Assembly: GCA_019240405.1 (NCBI GenBank)
Contig: JAFAYL010000023.1
Coordinates: forward strand, 34,498 to 98,497
Direction: 5' to 3'
DNA: 64,000 bases
Source: Acidobacteriaceae bacterium
Lineage (GTDB): Bacteria; Acidobacteriota; Terriglobia; Bryobacterales; Bryobacteraceae
Position 1 is the first letter of the stretch. Every line of letters begins with the position of its first letter. The notes under the pieces were generated by a model that was not told where the DNA came from, made no database searches, and was given only the letters and a program-made list of their open reading frames with translations. Position numbers and translations under genes: made by a program. Shown here piece after piece: positions 62,885-64,000 of the stretch.

Positions 62885-63856
62885 GTGAATTTCATGTCTG
62901 CGCAGACACAACCTAACCCTTGGAGCCAGCGGCAAGAACCAGAAAACAATAATGCGGAGCAGCTCGCGAACGCACTGGGTTGGTTCAGTGTTGGTCTTGG
63001 GCTCGCCGAGATCGCGGCACCAGGAACCATCGCAGAGTTGATCGGTGTGAGGGATGACGACCGAACACGCGCTTTGCTGCGGATCTACGGAGCGCGCGAG
63101 CTCACGGCAGGTATCGGGATTTTGGCGCGGCCTCAATCGCCAGGTTGGGTGTGGAGCAGAGTGGCGGGCGATCTCCTGGATTTGAGTGCACTCGGCTCCG
63201 CCTTCAATTCGAGTCGCACGAACCGGACAAAAGCGAGCATCGCGGCGGCAGCAGTGCTCGGCGTAACCGCTCTCGACGTCTATTGCGCGAAACAGCTCAG
63301 CCAAGTTTCCGAAAACGGCGAAATCGAAACCAGGAAATCTGTTCGCGTCAAAAAGGCTATGGTCATCGGCCGGTCGCCTGACGAAGTGTATCGATTCTGG
63401 CATGACTTCAGCAATCTGCCTAGCTTCATGAAGCACCTCGAATCGGTCGAGGTCACGGGTGACCGTCAATCGCACTGGAAGGCAAGAGGACCCGCTGGCA
63501 GAACCGTCGAGTGGGATGCCGAGATTGTTGAAGATCAACCGAACAGCATCACCTGGCGCTCCATCCCCGGCTCCGATGTCGACAACTCCGGATCGGTGCG
63601 TTTTGAGCGTGCAACTGGTGGGCGCGGGACGCTTGTCACTGTGGAACTCGCGTATGCACCCCCTGCAGGCGTCGCAGGCGCGGCTGTGGCCAAGCTCTTT
63701 CGCGCAGAACCAGCGCAACAAGTGGAGGACAGTCTGCGGGCGTTGAAGCAGGTTTTGGAAACTGGCGAGATTGCAAAGTCGGACGCAAGCATTCATCGTG
63801 GAATGCACCCTGCTCAGCCTTGCTTGAAAGCGGCCGCCAAAGCTGCAACCGCGTGA
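62885..63856 (+). CDS. SRPBCC (cyclase/dehydrase) family protein with N-terminal hydrophobic domain
   Basis: N-terminal GWFSVGLGLAEIAAPG...ELTAGIGIL segment, then VRVKKAMVIGRSPDEVYRFWHDFSNLPSFMKHLESVEV...SITWRS...GSVRFE. The start may instead be ATG 62894. Confidence 0.7.
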   Translation: MNFMSAQTQPNPWSQRQEPENNNAEQLANALGWFSVGLGLAEIAAPGTIAELIGVRDDDRTRALLRIYGARELTAGIGILARPQSPGWVWSRVAGDLLDLSALGSAFNSSRTNRTKASIAAAAVLGVTALDVYCAKQLSQVSENGEIETRKSVRVKKAMVIGRSPDEVYRFWHDFSNLPSFMKHLESVEVTGDRQSHWKARGPAGRTVEWDAEIVEDQPNSITWRSIPGSDVDNSGSVRFERATGGRGTLVTVELAYAPPAGVAGAAVAKLFRAEPAQQVEDSLRALKQVLETGEIAKSDASIHRGMHPAQPCLKAAAKAATA

Positions 63857-63886
63857 CGGAGCCAGATCACAAGAGAGGAGAAGCCG

Positions 63887-64000
63887 ATGAAAGCCAACTG
63901 TTGGATGGGCAAACACGACGTACGTGTGGAACAGGTTCCTGATCCGCAAATTCTGAATCAGCAGGACGCAATCGTCAAGATTACGTCAACCGCGATCTGC
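63887..64000 (+). CDS. zinc-dependent alcohol/formaldehyde dehydrogenase family protein, 3' end outside window
   Basis: GAGAGGAG RBS, then [38 protein letters not shown], the N-terminal GroES-like ADH pattern ending at the catalytic Cys. Confidence 0.75.
   Translation, partial: MKANCWMGKHDVRVEQVPDPQILNQQDAIVKITSTAIC

Noticed and set aside
62873-63949. 358-aa minus-strand ORF antisense to the SRPBCC gene.
   Set aside because: Cys/Arg-rich with no motif. The plus-strand reading has a clear SRPBCC pattern, and the downstream ADH gene has its own RBS.

Overview
Gene-dense 64-kb chromosomal segment with about 65 CDS. I saw no rRNA, tRNA, CRISPR array, IS element or prophage by eye. The gene content looks like an Acidobacteriota-type genome: a PEP-CTERM-like tail, a TIGR03118-like propeller, ECF-sigma/DUF4252 modules and Tat-signal TIM-barrel isomerases. 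That lineage call is inference only. Most of the window is housekeeping: accD, recJ, cdd, xerD, thiC, ppdK, glyQS, recO, efp, ligA, an ABC-F ATPase and a CCA-type nucleotidyltransferase. The main feature is a 9.8-kb same-strand respiratory string (24274-34099). It joins a caa3-type oxidase (ctaCDE) to a dihaem cytochrome c lipoprotein, a Tat-Rieske protein and a cytochrome b with a fused haem-c tail. It ends in an unusual fusion of a Caa3_CtaG copper-assembly domain with a NapH/FixG(CcoG)-type membrane polyferredoxin, followed by a FixH/YtkA-like gene. Other notable items: a membrane pseudokinase with a SPOR domain; a single-domain protoglobin co-transcribed with a NIPSNAP gene next to an ArsR-type regulator and a perfect 9-4-9 inverted repeat; an EF-P with Asn at the normally modified loop-tip position; a DinB-family gene split by a 1-nt frameshift; a DedA/YqaA-type gene whose conserved N-terminus has no canonical start codon; a 5'-truncated PhyH-like remnant; and two ECF sigma/anti-sigma modules. 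Gene starts were re-evaluated against the ORF track, and many track ORFs carry spurious 5' extensions. All homology calls come from motif recognition by eye and need HMM/BLAST confirmation.
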